From Candidatus Planktophila sp. (lineage in GTDB: Bacteria; Actinomycetota; Actinomycetes; Nanopelagicales; Nanopelagicaceae), in NCBI GenBank assembly GCA_038906075.1, contig JBCKHB010000003.1:5958-69957 (forward strand): a stretch of 64,000 nucleotides of DNA, in the 5' to 3' direction. The notes under the pieces were generated by a model. It saw only the letters and a program-made list of their open reading frames with translations, was not told where the DNA came from and searched no databases. Shown one piece after another: positions 1 through 9,338 of this stretch; position 1 is the first letter of the stretch; each line of letters starts with the position of its first letter. Position numbers and translations under genes: made by a program.

Positions 1-172
1 CCATTTGCAATCGTCATATCGAATAAAGCACGTTTAATGTAAGTCTTTTACATCAAATCAGCTGAGTACTGACCATCTCGATTTCATTTTAGTTTTAATT
101 TGAGTGCTACCACTTCATAATTTGCTTTTCACGCCTGCAAATAGTTAGACAATTGCTGGGTTAATTCATATT

Positions 173-261
173 CGTCGCACTTCACAAGAGGCGACGACCT
201 AACCCTCAACTCTCCGTGATGGGTTAGAAAAAGCCCCCTTGATTTTTCAAGGGGGCTTTTT
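173..261 (+). ncRNA. candidate small structured RNA (three consecutive hairpins ending in an intrinsic terminator)
   Basis: Stems CGTCGC/GCGACG (173-196), CTAACCC-TCA/TGA-T-GGGTTAG with ACTCTCCG loop (199-227), then the terminator hairpin; no ORF. No family recognised. Confidence 0.3.
228..261. terminator. bidirectional intrinsic terminator downstream of ino1
   Basis: AAAAAGCCCCCTTGA-TTTT-TCAAGGGGGCTTTTT, a perfect inverted repeat with A and T tracts on either side. Confidence 0.85.
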
Positions 262-289
262 CATGCCTAAATTAAATATAAGAAATGTA

Positions 290-1387
290 TTAGCGATCTA
301 GCTTTCCAGAGATGAAATCTTCAGTCTTATCGTGGGCTTGCTCATCGCTGTATTGGATTGGCGGTGTCTTCATAAAGTAACTAGAAGGTGATAAAAGTGC
401 GCCACCAATCTTGCGATCTAAGCCAAGCTTTGCGCAGCGAAGTGCATCGATGATGACTCCAGCGGAGTTTGGTGAATCCCATACTTCTAATTTGTATTCG
501 AGGTTAAGTGGAACATCGCCAAATGCACGGCCCTCTAGGCGAACGTAGGCCCACTTGCGATCATCTAACCAAGGAATGTAGTCAGATGGACCAATGTGAA
601 CATTTTTTTCGCCAATTTCATAATCAAGTTGAGATGTTACCGAGTTAGTTTTTGAAATCTTTTTAGATTCAAGCCGATCACGCTCGAGCATGTTCTTGAA
701 ATCCATATTTCCACCAACATTTAATTGATAGGTGCGATCTAAGTGAACGCCACGATCTTGAAATAATTTAGCCATGATGCGGTGAGTAATTGTTGCTCCC
801 ACTTGGCTCTTAATATCATCGCCGATAATTGGCAATCCTGCATCTTCGAATTTCTTGGCCCAGATTGGGTCAGAAGCGATAAAGACTGGTAAAGCATTTA
901 CAAAAGCTACGCCCGCATCAAGAGCGCACTGTGCATAGTATTTCGCAGCCACTTCCGAACCCACAGGAAGGTAGCAAATTAGAACATCAACTTCTTCATC
1001 TTTTAATACTTTCACAACATCTACTGCCGGTGTATCAGACTCGGTAATAGTTTCGCGGTAATAGCGACCGAGGCCATCATTTGTAGGACCACGCAAAACT
1101 GGGATACCCGTTTTTGCAACATCACTAAATTTGATTGTGTTGTTCTCGCTAGCCCAAATTGCATCGGCTAAATCAAGGCCAACTTTCTTAGCATCTACAT
1201 CAAAGGCAGCAACGAACTTGATATTAGAGATGTGGTATTCCCCAACAACTGCGTGCATGAGCCCTGGAATCTCTTGGTCGCGCGCGGCATCTTTGTAGTA
1301 CTCAACTCCTTGGACTAACGAGTTAGCGCAGTTTCCAACGCCAACGATTGCAACACGGATGTCGCCCTTACCGGTAATGATATTCAA
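290..1387 (-). CDS. ino1: myo-inositol-1-phosphate synthase
   Basis: [10 protein letters not shown] Rossmann motif, [28 protein letters not shown] motifs; TTG start with GAGAGG SD. Confidence 0.97.
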   Translation of the reverse strand: MNIITGKGDIRVAIVGVGNCANSLVQGVEYYKDAARDQEIPGLMHAVVGEYHISNIKFVAAFDVDAKKVGLDLADAIWASENNTIKFSDVAKTGIPVLRGPTNDGLGRYYRETITESDTPAVDVVKVLKDEEVDVLICYLPVGSEVAAKYYAQCALDAGVAFVNALPVFIASDPIWAKKFEDAGLPIIGDDIKSQVGATITHRIMAKLFQDRGVHLDRTYQLNVGGNMDFKNMLERDRLESKKISKTNSVTSQLDYEIGEKNVHIGPSDYIPWLDDRKWAYVRLEGRAFGDVPLNLEYKLEVWDSPNSAGVIIDALRCAKLGLDRKIGGALLSPSSYFMKTPPIQYSDEQAHDKTEDFISGKLDR

Positions 1388-1388
1388 C

Positions 1389-1919
1389 TTATTTCCTCTC
1401 GGTTTTAATCATGTCTTCTAGCCAAGCGATTTCGCGATCAGCTGATTCCAAGGAATGACGTCGCCACTCCTCCAAATATTTATCGATTCCAACTGGTGAT
1501 TTCTCGAGCTCACCGCGCAGAATTTCTGCTTTCTCCTTAAGGCGCCAGTGACGGCCCTCAAGAATTCTGACTCTATTTTTTGTAGATGTTGGGCTAAAGA
1601 ACGCAAAGCGAATTTCAAAACCTTCATCTTCCCAAGTATCTTGAGTTACGGTTTCGGTTAAATTGGCGAAACGAGCGACGCCCTTTTCGGTTAACTCATA
1701 AACAATTCGCGAGCGCCGACTCAGAGATTCAACCTTCGATTCTTGGATTGACCCTGCATCCATCATGCGACGCAATTGCGGATACAGAACCGAAAATGAC
1801 AGGGCGCGAAATGGACCATAAATTGCAGCCATTCGCTTTCGCAATTCATAACCATGCAGCGGGCTTTGCGATAAAAAACCAAGAAGGGCAAATTCAAGGG
1901 ATTCGCTACGTGAGCGCAC
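1389..1919 (-). CDS. PadR-family transcriptional regulator co-transcribed with ino1 (IpsA/Rv0047c-like)
   Basis: LHGYELRK...LYPQL...Y-LTEKG PadR wHTH; conserved padR-ino1 linkage in Actinobacteria. Confidence 0.92.
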   Translation of the reverse strand: MRSRSESLEFALLGFLSQSPLHGYELRKRMAAIYGPFRALSFSVLYPQLRRMMDAGSIQESKVESLSRRSRIVYELTEKGVARFANLTETVTQDTWEDEGFEIRFAFFSPTSTKNRVRILEGRHWRLKEKAEILRGELEKSPVGIDKYLEEWRRHSLESADREIAWLEDMIKTERK

Positions 1920-1939
1920 AGCCAGCCTCCTATCGCTTT

Positions 1940-1963
1940 ATGTATCGATTCGATATATCGAAT
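1940..1963. promoter_or_regulatory. palindromic operator upstream of padR-ino1
   Basis: Perfect 16-bp palindrome ATTCGATATATCGAAT (1948-1963) overlapping the near-palindrome ATGTATCG-ATT-CGATATAT (1940-1958). Confidence 0.55.
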
Positions 1964-2049
1964 AGCTAGTTAACTCCAATTTTGCCCAGCGTGCAACTCA
2001 AAGGGCAAGCTCAAATGGCCAGTGAAAGGGAGCAAGTAAGATCGCGCCT

Positions 2050-2700
2050 ATGGTGATTCCATCGCGGCTGGCTGAATATATCGTGGCCGCGATGGTAATT
2101 ATCTTGGCACCGGGCCCGAGTGTTTTATTCGTAATCGCTCGGGCCATTGCTTGGGGTCGTAAAACTGCAATCTTTACTGTTGCTGGAAATGTCACGGGTG
2201 CTTTTTCACTAGCCACTCTTGTAGCAATTGGGTTAGGCCCAATTTTGCAGAAATCTGATTTGGCATATGCCGTGGTTCAATGGGGTGGCGGCGGATATCT
2301 AATTTATCTGGGCATCGATGCAATCCGACATCGCAGAATCCACGCCGCCGATATGAAAAATCAGGGCGATATTGCACCAGGTGTTTTGCGATCAATGCGA
2401 GATGGTTTTTGGGTGGGCGCGCTTAATCCCAAAGGTTTAGTTTTCTTCGCTGCCGTCTTGCCACAATTTGTCGATCGCGATCGCGGTCATATGACGAGTC
2501 AATTGATTTTATTAGGTGGCATATTCTCTATTTTGGCGCTTATTTCCGATGGTTCATGGGCTTTGCTTGCTGGAACTGCGCGCCAATGGCTGGCAACTGA
2601 TGAGAAACGCTTGGAAAGGTTACGCACCACTGGTGGCGCTGTCATGATTACTTTAGGAACTTTAGTAATAATTTCAGCAATAACTCATGCGTTAAAGTGA
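2050..2700 (+). CDS. LysE/RhtB family amino-acid exporter
   Basis: APGPS N-terminal motif, ALNPKG motif, hydrophobic helices. Confidence 0.93.
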   Translation: MVIPSRLAEYIVAAMVIILAPGPSVLFVIARAIAWGRKTAIFTVAGNVTGAFSLATLVAIGLGPILQKSDLAYAVVQWGGGGYLIYLGIDAIRHRRIHAADMKNQGDIAPGVLRSMRDGFWVGALNPKGLVFFAAVLPQFVDRDRGHMTSQLILLGGIFSILALISDGSWALLAGTARQWLATDEKRLERLRTTGGAVMITLGTLVIISAITHALK

Positions 2701-2744
2701 GCTCCTTATGGCTAATTGTCAGTGGTAGATAGCAGGATGCTCCT

Positions 2745-3425
2745 ATGAGAAAACCCGAAAAACCAGCCCGTGAAAATATCTCTCCCTCTGACTTAACTTT
2801 TGGTCTATCGACATGCAAGCGTTGTTTATGGATTAAATATTGGTACAAAGTAACCATGCCTGGGGCTTTCCCGCTTGTTGGAACTTTCGCAAGTATGCAA
2901 GAAGAACACTTTAGAGGCGCATCCATGAGCGAAATCCATTCATCCCTTCGCTCAGGCAAAGTTACTAAATGGAGCGAATGGGTAAAGAGCAAACCGTTAG
3001 AGGTAAATGGGCAGATAACGCGTTGGAGAATTTTGGGTAAATACGACTTGGTCGCACAAAATGATGACGGCACCGTCGGGTTAATCGATTGCAAAGTCAG
3101 CGATTCCGATCGCGATAACGGCGAATTTTATTCACCGCAATTAGAAGCCTATGCCTATTCCATGGAAAATCCGGCGGCAGGCAAAGGCGTAACCGTTGCA
3201 TCTATGGGTTTACTCGTCTGGAATCCAACACATGCAATCGGTGAAGATGCAAGTTCATACGGTTTTGGGATGGCGCAAAAATATTTGCCGGTTGCGCGCG
3301 ACCAAGGCAATTTCTTAAAAGTAATCGGTGAATTTATTACGGTTTTAGAAGGTGATTTACCTGATGCTGGCCCTACCTGCGGAACATGTAATTATTTGAC
3401 GCAGCGTTTATCGCTTGAAAATTAA
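2745..3425 (+). CDS. PD-(D/E)XK nuclease superfamily protein (RecB/Cas4-like fold)
   Basis: GKYD...LIDCK catalytic motifs, QLEAY motif, CxxC pairs at both termini. Confidence 0.8.
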   Translation: MRKPEKPARENISPSDLTFGLSTCKRCLWIKYWYKVTMPGAFPLVGTFASMQEEHFRGASMSEIHSSLRSGKVTKWSEWVKSKPLEVNGQITRWRILGKYDLVAQNDDGTVGLIDCKVSDSDRDNGEFYSPQLEAYAYSMENPAAGKGVTVASMGLLVWNPTHAIGEDASSYGFGMAQKYLPVARDQGNFLKVIGEFITVLEGDLPDAGPTCGTCNYLTQRLSLEN

Positions 3426-4105
3426 TCTTCATCCTCTTGCGGTGATTTCTTTTTCGGTGCATACACATCGAGATATTCCTGGCCAGATAATTCTTGAATT
3501 GCTTTCATAATCTGATCAGTTACCTCGCGCAGATATAACAGGTCGGTTGAATCACCTTCAAAGTACATAGGCTCTCCGAAAGTCATACCAACGCGCATAA
3601 CTTTTGGAATAAGCGTGCCAGTCGGCTGAATTTTTTCGGTATTAAACATGGCAACCGGAATAACTGGAGCCCCAGATTCAATTGCGATGCGAGCAATTCC
3701 AGTGCGTCCTTTGTATAAGCGTCCATCAGGAGAACGAGTCCCTTCTGGATAAATTCCAAGACAAGCACCCTCTGCCAAAACTTTTAACCCTGTTAAAAGG
3801 GCTGCCTCACTTCGACGACCACCTGAGCGATCAACTGGAACTTGACCGAGTGCGGTAAGAGTTATTTTTTTTAGTAAACCTTTTGGCCCAGGCGAAGTGA
3901 AATATTCACTCTTGGCAAGAAAAGTTACTTTGCGCGCAACAACTAGCGGCATAAAAATTGAATCGCTAAAAGATAAATGATTTGAGGCAATAATTACTGG
4001 CCCTTTACTTGGGACATTGCGTAAGCCTTTTACTTTTGGCCGGTAGGCAAAGATCAGAATCGGAGTCAGGAAAGTGCGCAATAGACCGTATGGCAAATTA
4101 TTCAT
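3422..4105 (-). CDS. plsC: 1-acyl-sn-glycerol-3-phosphate acyltransferase family protein
   Basis: NHLSFSD (HxxxxD) and YPEGTRS motifs. Confidence 0.9.
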   Translation of the reverse strand: MNNLPYGLLRTFLTPILIFAYRPKVKGLRNVPSKGPVIIASNHLSFSDSIFMPLVVARKVTFLAKSEYFTSPGPKGLLKKITLTALGQVPVDRSGGRRSEAALLTGLKVLAEGACLGIYPEGTRSPDGRLYKGRTGIARIAIESGAPVIPVAMFNTEKIQPTGTLIPKVMRVGMTFGEPMYFEGDSTDLLYLREVTDQIMKAIQELSGQEYLDVYAPKKKSPQEDED

Positions 4106-4175
4106 ACGCCTACCTTCCTCACTTGAGCGTGGCTACTTCGCCTAATTTAGCGTGTTGCGGGCTCTATGACACTAT

Positions 4176-4454
4176 TTGAGCGTGGCAAGAATACCTGGAG
4201 CCGATGATGAAGAAAACTTCGACGAGGAAGAACTAATTCGTGACGAATTCAACTCGATAGTTTCGGGTTTATCTCTCGATGAATCCACGCCGACAACTTA
4301 TTTAGATGAATTAGAAAGCTTTGAAGATCTGGAAAGATTTAAACAACCAAATCCAGCCAAAGAATCTATCGGCGCAGTTTATTTTTCCATGAAGCGCGCA
4401 ATTCGCCGCTGGTTAAAACGTGGTTATCACGATGACGATGGTGTTGCACTCTAA
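4176..4454 (+). CDS. small acidic hypothetical protein
   Basis: 92-aa ORF filling the plsC-glkA gap; C-terminal DDDGVAL resembles actinobacterial conserved hypotheticals. Confidence 0.65.
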   Translation: MSVARIPGADDEENFDEEELIRDEFNSIVSGLSLDESTPTTYLDELESFEDLERFKQPNPAKESIGAVYFSMKRAIRRWLKRGYHDDDGVAL

Positions 4455-4457
4455 ATT

Positions 4458-5399
4458 TTAAGAACGCGCCAAATCTGCAACTCCGACTAAACCTGCTTGA
4501 TTGCCAAGTTGGGCAGCGATAATTTCTGGGTACGGATGTTTCCCAGCAAATGGCATATAGCGAACCAGGGCACGCCGAAGGGGGGCGAGCAAAATTTCAC
4601 CAGCATCTATTACTCCCCCGCCAATTACAACACAATCGGGGTCAAGCAGAACAGATAGCGATGCGATACCAGCGCCTAACCATTCGGCAGTTGTATTAAA
4701 AGCGGCAAGGGCTACTGGGTCACCCTCCTTTGCTGCCTGCGTAATATCGGCACCAGTTAAACCTTCAATACTTCCGTTAGCTCGAGAAAGTAAATTGCGC
4801 GCCATATCAGGGCTAGCACTAATTGCTTCGCGCGCATGGCGAAGCAAAGCGCTTCCTGATGCGTATTGTTCAAAACATCCGCGTGCACCACATCCACATA
4901 AATGCCCATCAGGCACTACTCGCATATGGCCAAACTCAGCAGCAGTTCCGAATGCACCACGCACAAGCGCACCATTAAAAACAATTCCACCACCGAGCCC
5001 TGTTCCGATAGTTAATAGAATCATATGATTTTTATTGCGCCCTGCACCAAATTTTGCTTCACCCCAAGCTGCAGCATTAGCATCATTTTCAATTACAACT
5101 GGCTTGTTAATTAATTTTGTGAGTTCGGAATCTAAATCAACGCCATTCCAATCTGCAATATTTGGCGTTGCCAACATTGTTTGACGATCAGATGAAACGA
5201 AACCTGCGGCACTAACTCCAACTGCCAGCACATCATGTGATTGCATCAATTCTTTAGCAATATCAGCAATTGTTTGAGTAAGAGCTCTTCCACCTTGACG
5301 CGGAGTATCCTTGCGCGCAGTAGCAATAACTTTGCCATCTTTGTCAACTAGGCCACCTAAAACTTTAGTGCCGCCAACATCAACGCCAATAGTTAACAA
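4458..5399 (-). CDS. glkA: ROK-family glucokinase
   Basis: GVDVGGTK, ENDANAAAWGE, EFGH...CGCG..GC.E motifs. Confidence 0.93.
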   Translation of the reverse strand: MLTIGVDVGGTKVLGGLVDKDGKVIATARKDTPRQGGRALTQTIADIAKELMQSHDVLAVGVSAAGFVSSDRQTMLATPNIADWNGVDLDSELTKLINKPVVIENDANAAAWGEAKFGAGRNKNHMILLTIGTGLGGGIVFNGALVRGAFGTAAEFGHMRVVPDGHLCGCGARGCFEQYASGSALLRHAREAISASPDMARNLLSRANGSIEGLTGADITQAAKEGDPVALAAFNTTAEWLGAGIASLSVLLDPDCVVIGGGVIDAGEILLAPLRRALVRYMPFAGKHPYPEIIAAQLGNQAGLVGVADLARS

Positions 5400-5402
5400 T
5401 AC

Positions 5403-5840
5403 TTAACCTTCTAAGTGTGCTTTTAATTGCGATAGCGCTTGGTCAATTGTTGTTTTTTCAGCCTTTTTGCGCATCATCGCAGGAATTGGCATTGATATAG
5501 CAACCTCTAATTCATAGGTCACATCGGTTGTATCGTCATCAATTGCTTTTATTAAGTAAGAACCATCCATTGCAGTTAAAAGATCAGCATCATTAAAAGT
5601 AAATGAGAGTTTATTTGGAGCACCACTCCAGTCATAATCTAAGGTGACACGATCTTTCATCATGCCCGCATCGATAGTTAATTTAGCTTGCGTGATTCGC
5701 CCTTCGGCATCACTCGCGATGGTTTCTACCGATTTTATAGATGTGGACCATTCTGGGTATTTATCGATGGCAAAAAGCACGCTCGCAACAGCAGCTGCCG
5801 ATGCCTCAATGGTTACCGTTGACTTACTAAAATCGCTCAT
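5403..5840 (-). CDS. SRPBCC/polyketide cyclase family protein
   Basis: YPEW...IKSVE motif; start reassigned to ATG 5840 (TAACCT -10 7 nt upstream) to avoid overlap with fadD. Confidence 0.85.
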   Translation of the reverse strand: MSDFSKSTVTIEASAAAVASVLFAIDKYPEWSTSIKSVETIASDAEGRITQAKLTIDAGMMKDRVTLDYDWSGAPNKLSFTFNDADLLTAMDGSYLIKAIDDDTTDVTYELEVAISMPIPAMMRKKAEKTTIDQALSQLKAHLEG

Positions 5841-5895
5841 GGGTGCAAGGTTACCCCTCTTCCGAAAAGACGGCTCTTGCCATAGCCTTCCCACT

Positions 5896-7692
5896 ATGAA
5901 TGAAATCACCGTCACGGCCCTCGTCCCTGCTGCAACAACTGGTAATCTAACAAATTTAATTGCCGAGCGCGCTTGGTTTGAACCTGAGCGCATCATTATG
6001 TCCAAAGCAGAAGGTGACGGTTGGAAAGCTCAGAGCGCTAGCCAAGTAGAAGTACAAATTCGCGCAACGGCTAAAGGTCTGGTCGCATCAGGTATCGCTA
6101 TTGGAGATCGCGTTGCCATCATGTCGCGTACTCGATACGAATGGACAATTTTAGATTTTGCAATTTGGTATGCCGGCGCAGTCGTTGTTCCAATTTATGA
6201 CACATCATCGAGCGAACAAATTGATTGGATTCTCAATGATTCAGGTTCGGTTGGAATTATCGTTGAGACTCCAGCGCTTCGCGATGCAGTAAATTCGGTT
6301 AAACCTGCACACACCAAATATATCTGGAGTATGTCCGATGATGTTCTTGAGGTTCTAAAAACTGCTGGCGTTGCAATCACTGATGATGAAATTGATCGCA
6401 GACGAAACTCACTTGTTCCGGAAACGTTAGCAACGTTAATTTACACATCAGGTACAACTGGAAAACCCAAGGGCGTAGAGCTAACTCACGGTAATTTTTT
6501 ATCTGAGTGCGGCAATGTTGTTGAAGGCGCAAGTGATCTTTTCTTAAAGCCTGGTGGATCAACTCTGCTATTTCTGCCTGTGGCACATGTTTTTGGTCGC
6601 ATGGTTCAAATTGGGGCAATCAAGGCTGGCTTACATTTGGCGCATTGCAGCGATCCTGTTGCTGCGTTACCAAAAGATTTAGCATCTTTTAAGCCAACTT
6701 TCGTGTTAGCAGTTCCACGTATCTTTGAAAAAATTTACAATGGCTCCGAAGCACGCGCAGAGGCTGCAGGTAAAGGAAATATTTTTAGAAAAGCTGCTGA
6801 TGTAGCAATTGCATATTCAATAAGCCTAGATAAAAAACACACCTCGCCAATTTTGGCGCTAAAACATAAAGTTTTCGATAAATTGGTTTTTTCCAAAATT
6901 CGTGCAGGTATGGGCGGTGCGGTGGAAGCGGCAGTTTCGGGCGGTGCCCCACTCGGAGAACGGTTAGGACATTTTTATCGGGGTGCCGGAATAACAGTTT
7001 TAGAAGGCTACGGTTTAACTGAAACAACTGCTGGTGCCACTCTTAATTTATCAAGCGCCCAGCGCGTAGGTTCGGTTGGTCGCCCTGTCCCTGGAACTTC
7101 AATTGCAATTGCCGAAGATGGCGAGGTCCTCATCCGTGGTCCAATCGTTATGCGTGGTTATTGGCAAAATGAAGCTGCAAATGCCGAGGCATTTAATTCT
7201 GATGGTTGGTTTAAAACTGGTGACCTTGGAAAATTAGATGAGGATGGCTTCCTATACATTGTTGGACGCAAAAAGGAATTAATTGTTACATCAGGTGGTA
7301 AAAATGTTGCCCCTACCTTATTGGAAGACCGCTTGCGCGCTAATCCTTTAGTAAGCCAGTGCATGGTCGTTGGTGATAATCAACCTTTCATTGCAGCCCT
7401 AATCACAATTGATCAAGAACCACTTAAATTATGGGTCAAGACAAATAAAAAAGATGGCGCTTCAATGGCTGATTTAGCTAATGACCCAGATTTAATTGCA
7501 GTTATTCAAAGCGCCGTTGATGAAACAAATAAGGCGGTAAGTCGAGCAGAATCAATTCGCAAATTTGTAATTTTACCAACTGATTTTACAATTGCGGGCG
7601 GACATTTAACGCCTAAACTTTCGCTAAAACGCCATGTCATAGCAAAAGAATTTGCTGGCGAAATTGCACAACTCTTTACCAAGACCGAGTAA
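5896..7692 (+). CDS. fadD: long-chain fatty acid--CoA ligase (FadD15-like)
   Basis: IYTSGTTGKPKG, EGYGLTET, TGDLG motifs; start reassigned to ATG 5896 (TAGCCT 7 nt upstream). Confidence 0.93.
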   Translation: MNEITVTALVPAATTGNLTNLIAERAWFEPERIIMSKAEGDGWKAQSASQVEVQIRATAKGLVASGIAIGDRVAIMSRTRYEWTILDFAIWYAGAVVVPIYDTSSSEQIDWILNDSGSVGIIVETPALRDAVNSVKPAHTKYIWSMSDDVLEVLKTAGVAITDDEIDRRRNSLVPETLATLIYTSGTTGKPKGVELTHGNFLSECGNVVEGASDLFLKPGGSTLLFLPVAHVFGRMVQIGAIKAGLHLAHCSDPVAALPKDLASFKPTFVLAVPRIFEKIYNGSEARAEAAGKGNIFRKAADVAIAYSISLDKKHTSPILALKHKVFDKLVFSKIRAGMGGAVEAAVSGGAPLGERLGHFYRGAGITVLEGYGLTETTAGATLNLSSAQRVGSVGRPVPGTSIAIAEDGEVLIRGPIVMRGYWQNEAANAEAFNSDGWFKTGDLGKLDEDGFLYIVGRKKELIVTSGGKNVAPTLLEDRLRANPLVSQCMVVGDNQPFIAALITIDQEPLKLWVKTNKKDGASMADLANDPDLIAVIQSAVDETNKAVSRAESIRKFVILPTDFTIAGGHLTPKLSLKRHVIAKEFAGEIAQLFTKTE

Positions 7693-7704
7693 AACGGTGA
7701 ATCC

Positions 7705-8232
7705 GTGTCAACTTCTGAGCGAGTCCGACTAGCACAGGAGTTACACGATGGTATTGCCCAAGATTTAGTTGCCATGGGTTACTCGCTCGATACTCTGCTT
7801 GGCCAACCACAAACTCCGCTTATAACGCGCGCTGGTCTGCGCGGCCTTCGTTTTCAAACAACCGAGATAATTGAACGAATCCGCAGAGAAATCTTTGATT
7901 TGCGTCGTGTCAATACCATGGAAATAAAATCAGATTTAATAAATGTGGCGCCAAATGTTATGAACGAAATCATCCGCATAAGTACAGAGATTCTCAAAAA
8001 TGTAAGCGCGCATTCCAAAGCTAATCAATTAGATATTTCTGCAAAAATAAGAGATGGCGCAATCTCATTGCGCATTACAGATAATGGACAAGGTGGAGCG
8101 GCTAACCAAAGCCAACGCTTTGGAATAATCGGAGTCCGCGAACGCATTCAAAGATTAGGTGGCACTTTCGAAATCGAGTCTAATCAAAATGGAACTGCGA
8201 TTAATATTGAAATACCGGCGGTTGGCAAATGA
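7705..8232 (+). CDS. minimal NarX/DesK-type histidine kinase (HisKA_3 + HATPase, no sensor domain)
   Basis: ERVRLAQELHDGIAQ H-box, KNVSAHS N-box, DNGQG and FGIIGVRER G-boxes. Confidence 0.85.
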   Translation: MSTSERVRLAQELHDGIAQDLVAMGYSLDTLLGQPQTPLITRAGLRGLRFQTTEIIERIRREIFDLRRVNTMEIKSDLINVAPNVMNEIIRISTEILKNVSAHSKANQLDISAKIRDGAISLRITDNGQGGAANQSQRFGIIGVRERIQRLGGTFEIESNQNGTAINIEIPAVGK

Positions 8233-8846
8233 CTTCTGTATTGCTAATTGATGATCATGCAATTGTGCGAGAAGGTTTGAAACGTGCGCTAAGTAATACC
8301 GGTTTCACAATTGCAGGTGAAGCCGCTTCACAAGCCGAAGCTCGTGCCCAAATTGCGCATAAAAACCCCGATGTGATTGTTGTTGATTTAAATCTGCCAG
8401 ATGGTACTGGTTTTGATGTAATTATCTGGGCGCGAAATCTTTCTAAAACTATTGGAATCGTCGTATTAACGCTAAATGATGATGATGCGCATTTACTTTC
8501 GGCAATGCAGGCAGGGGCAAGTGCATACATACTAAAGAGTGCACCGATCACAGAATTAGTTGCAGCTATAACGCATAGCGTTACTGCCCCTTTGAGTTTT
8601 GTGGGACGCGGTGTTGCCCAAGCTTTAAGTCGAAAATCTGATGGATTTGGCTTAACTGCGCGTGAATTGGATGTCCTTGCACTTTTGCCAAGTGGTTCTT
8701 CAAATAGCACTTTATCAAAGCAACTTTTCTTAAGTGAAGCGACAATTAAAACTCACTTAGCCGCAATCTACAGAAAGCTAAGGGTCGAAAATCGAACGCA
8801 AGCGGTCTCCATCGCCAGAAAAGCTGGCTTAGTTTCAAATCTGTAA
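8229..8846 (+). CDS. NarL/LuxR-family response regulator
   Basis: LIDDH...VDLNLPDGTG receiver domain; LTARELDVL...TIKTHLAAIYRKL LuxR HTH. Confidence 0.95.
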   Translation: MTSVLLIDDHAIVREGLKRALSNTGFTIAGEAASQAEARAQIAHKNPDVIVVDLNLPDGTGFDVIIWARNLSKTIGIVVLTLNDDDAHLLSAMQAGASAYILKSAPITELVAAITHSVTAPLSFVGRGVAQALSRKSDGFGLTARELDVLALLPSGSSNSTLSKQLFLSEATIKTHLAAIYRKLRVENRTQAVSIARKAGLVSNL

Positions 8847-8848
8847 AA
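8733..8848 (+). repeat. 116-bp direct repeat, left copy (3' end of the response regulator)
   Basis: Matches 10799-10914 with 6 mismatches by manual alignment. Confidence 0.95.
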
Positions 8849-8973
8849 AAGTCGGACAAAGGTCGGGCAAAATAAATATTGGCCATTCCAATTGTTTGCA
8901 AGAGACCCTGATTTTCAAGCTTTAAGCGTAGTTTTTAAGGAAATAAATCTGACTCGCTATTTTAAAGTCCTTA

Positions 8974-8987
8974 TTAGCAGTGAGGCG
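8974..8987. repeat. 14-bp att-core-like repeat TTAGCAGTGAGGCG (second copy 10794-10807)
   Basis: Exact duplicate; the reverse complement CGCCTCACTGCTAA is a tRNA-Ser(GCU) anticodon arm segment. Confidence 0.8.
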
Positions 8988-9077
8988 TCTGAAATATTCA
9001 TTACCCCGTCTTACGCTTGTTTAGCCAGTTTACCCTGCTTTTATCGGGCCATAAATAGAGTTATCTGAAGTAATTCC

Positions 9078-9097
9078 TGGGCAAAACATGGGCAAAA
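9078..9097 (+). repeat. paired arm-type repeats TGGGCAAAA-CA-TGGGCAAAA (18 bp repeated exactly at 10681-10698; variant pair at 8851-8871)
   Basis: Three pairs of GG(G/A)CAA motifs with an 11-bp period, each ~90-120 bp from a core repeat. Confidence 0.7.
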
Positions 9098-9249
9098 AAC
9101 CCAGAAAGGTTCCACACGAACCAGGTTCCGAAAATTCTTACCATTCCCACCACGGCTTGGATTAACCAACTGATCGAAAAGAGCGAGTCAGAAGCAGCCG
9201 CTTAACTCCCACTGGCCGCAAACACCTTGAAAAATACCGAAACAATGTT

Positions 9250-9315
9250 ACAGTCTGCTGTCAGGTTGGTCACAGTCTGCTGTCAGGTTGGTCACAGTCT
9301 GCTGTCAGGTTGGTC
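9250..9315 (+). repeat. 3 x 22-bp perfect tandem repeat ACAGTCTGCTGTCAGGTTGGTC
   Basis: Units at 9250-9271, 9272-9293 and 9294-9315, directly upstream of the SD of the lectin-fold gene. Confidence 0.95.
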
Positions 9316-9338
9316 TAATTTCGTACGAAGGGGATTCC

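Noticed and set aside
1-42. Possible 3' end of a + strand gene (PFAIVISNKARLM*)
   Set aside because: Only 13 codons are visible; it cannot be supported or assigned.
5644-6005. Apparent 360-bp overlap of fadD and SRPBCC
   Set aside because: Artefact of longest-ORF starts; leaderless starts at 5896 and 5840 remove the overlap.
9120-9150. GGTTCCGAAAATTCTTACCATTCCCACCA as a second tRNA 3' remnant
   Set aside because: It ends in CCA and has a GGTTC, but the T-arm pairing and spacing do not fit; too degenerate to call.
9250-9315. Tandem repeat as a CRISPR array
   Set aside because: Units are contiguous with no spacers, and no cas operon is present; the solo PD-(D/E)XK gene is 6 kb away and is not a cas locus.
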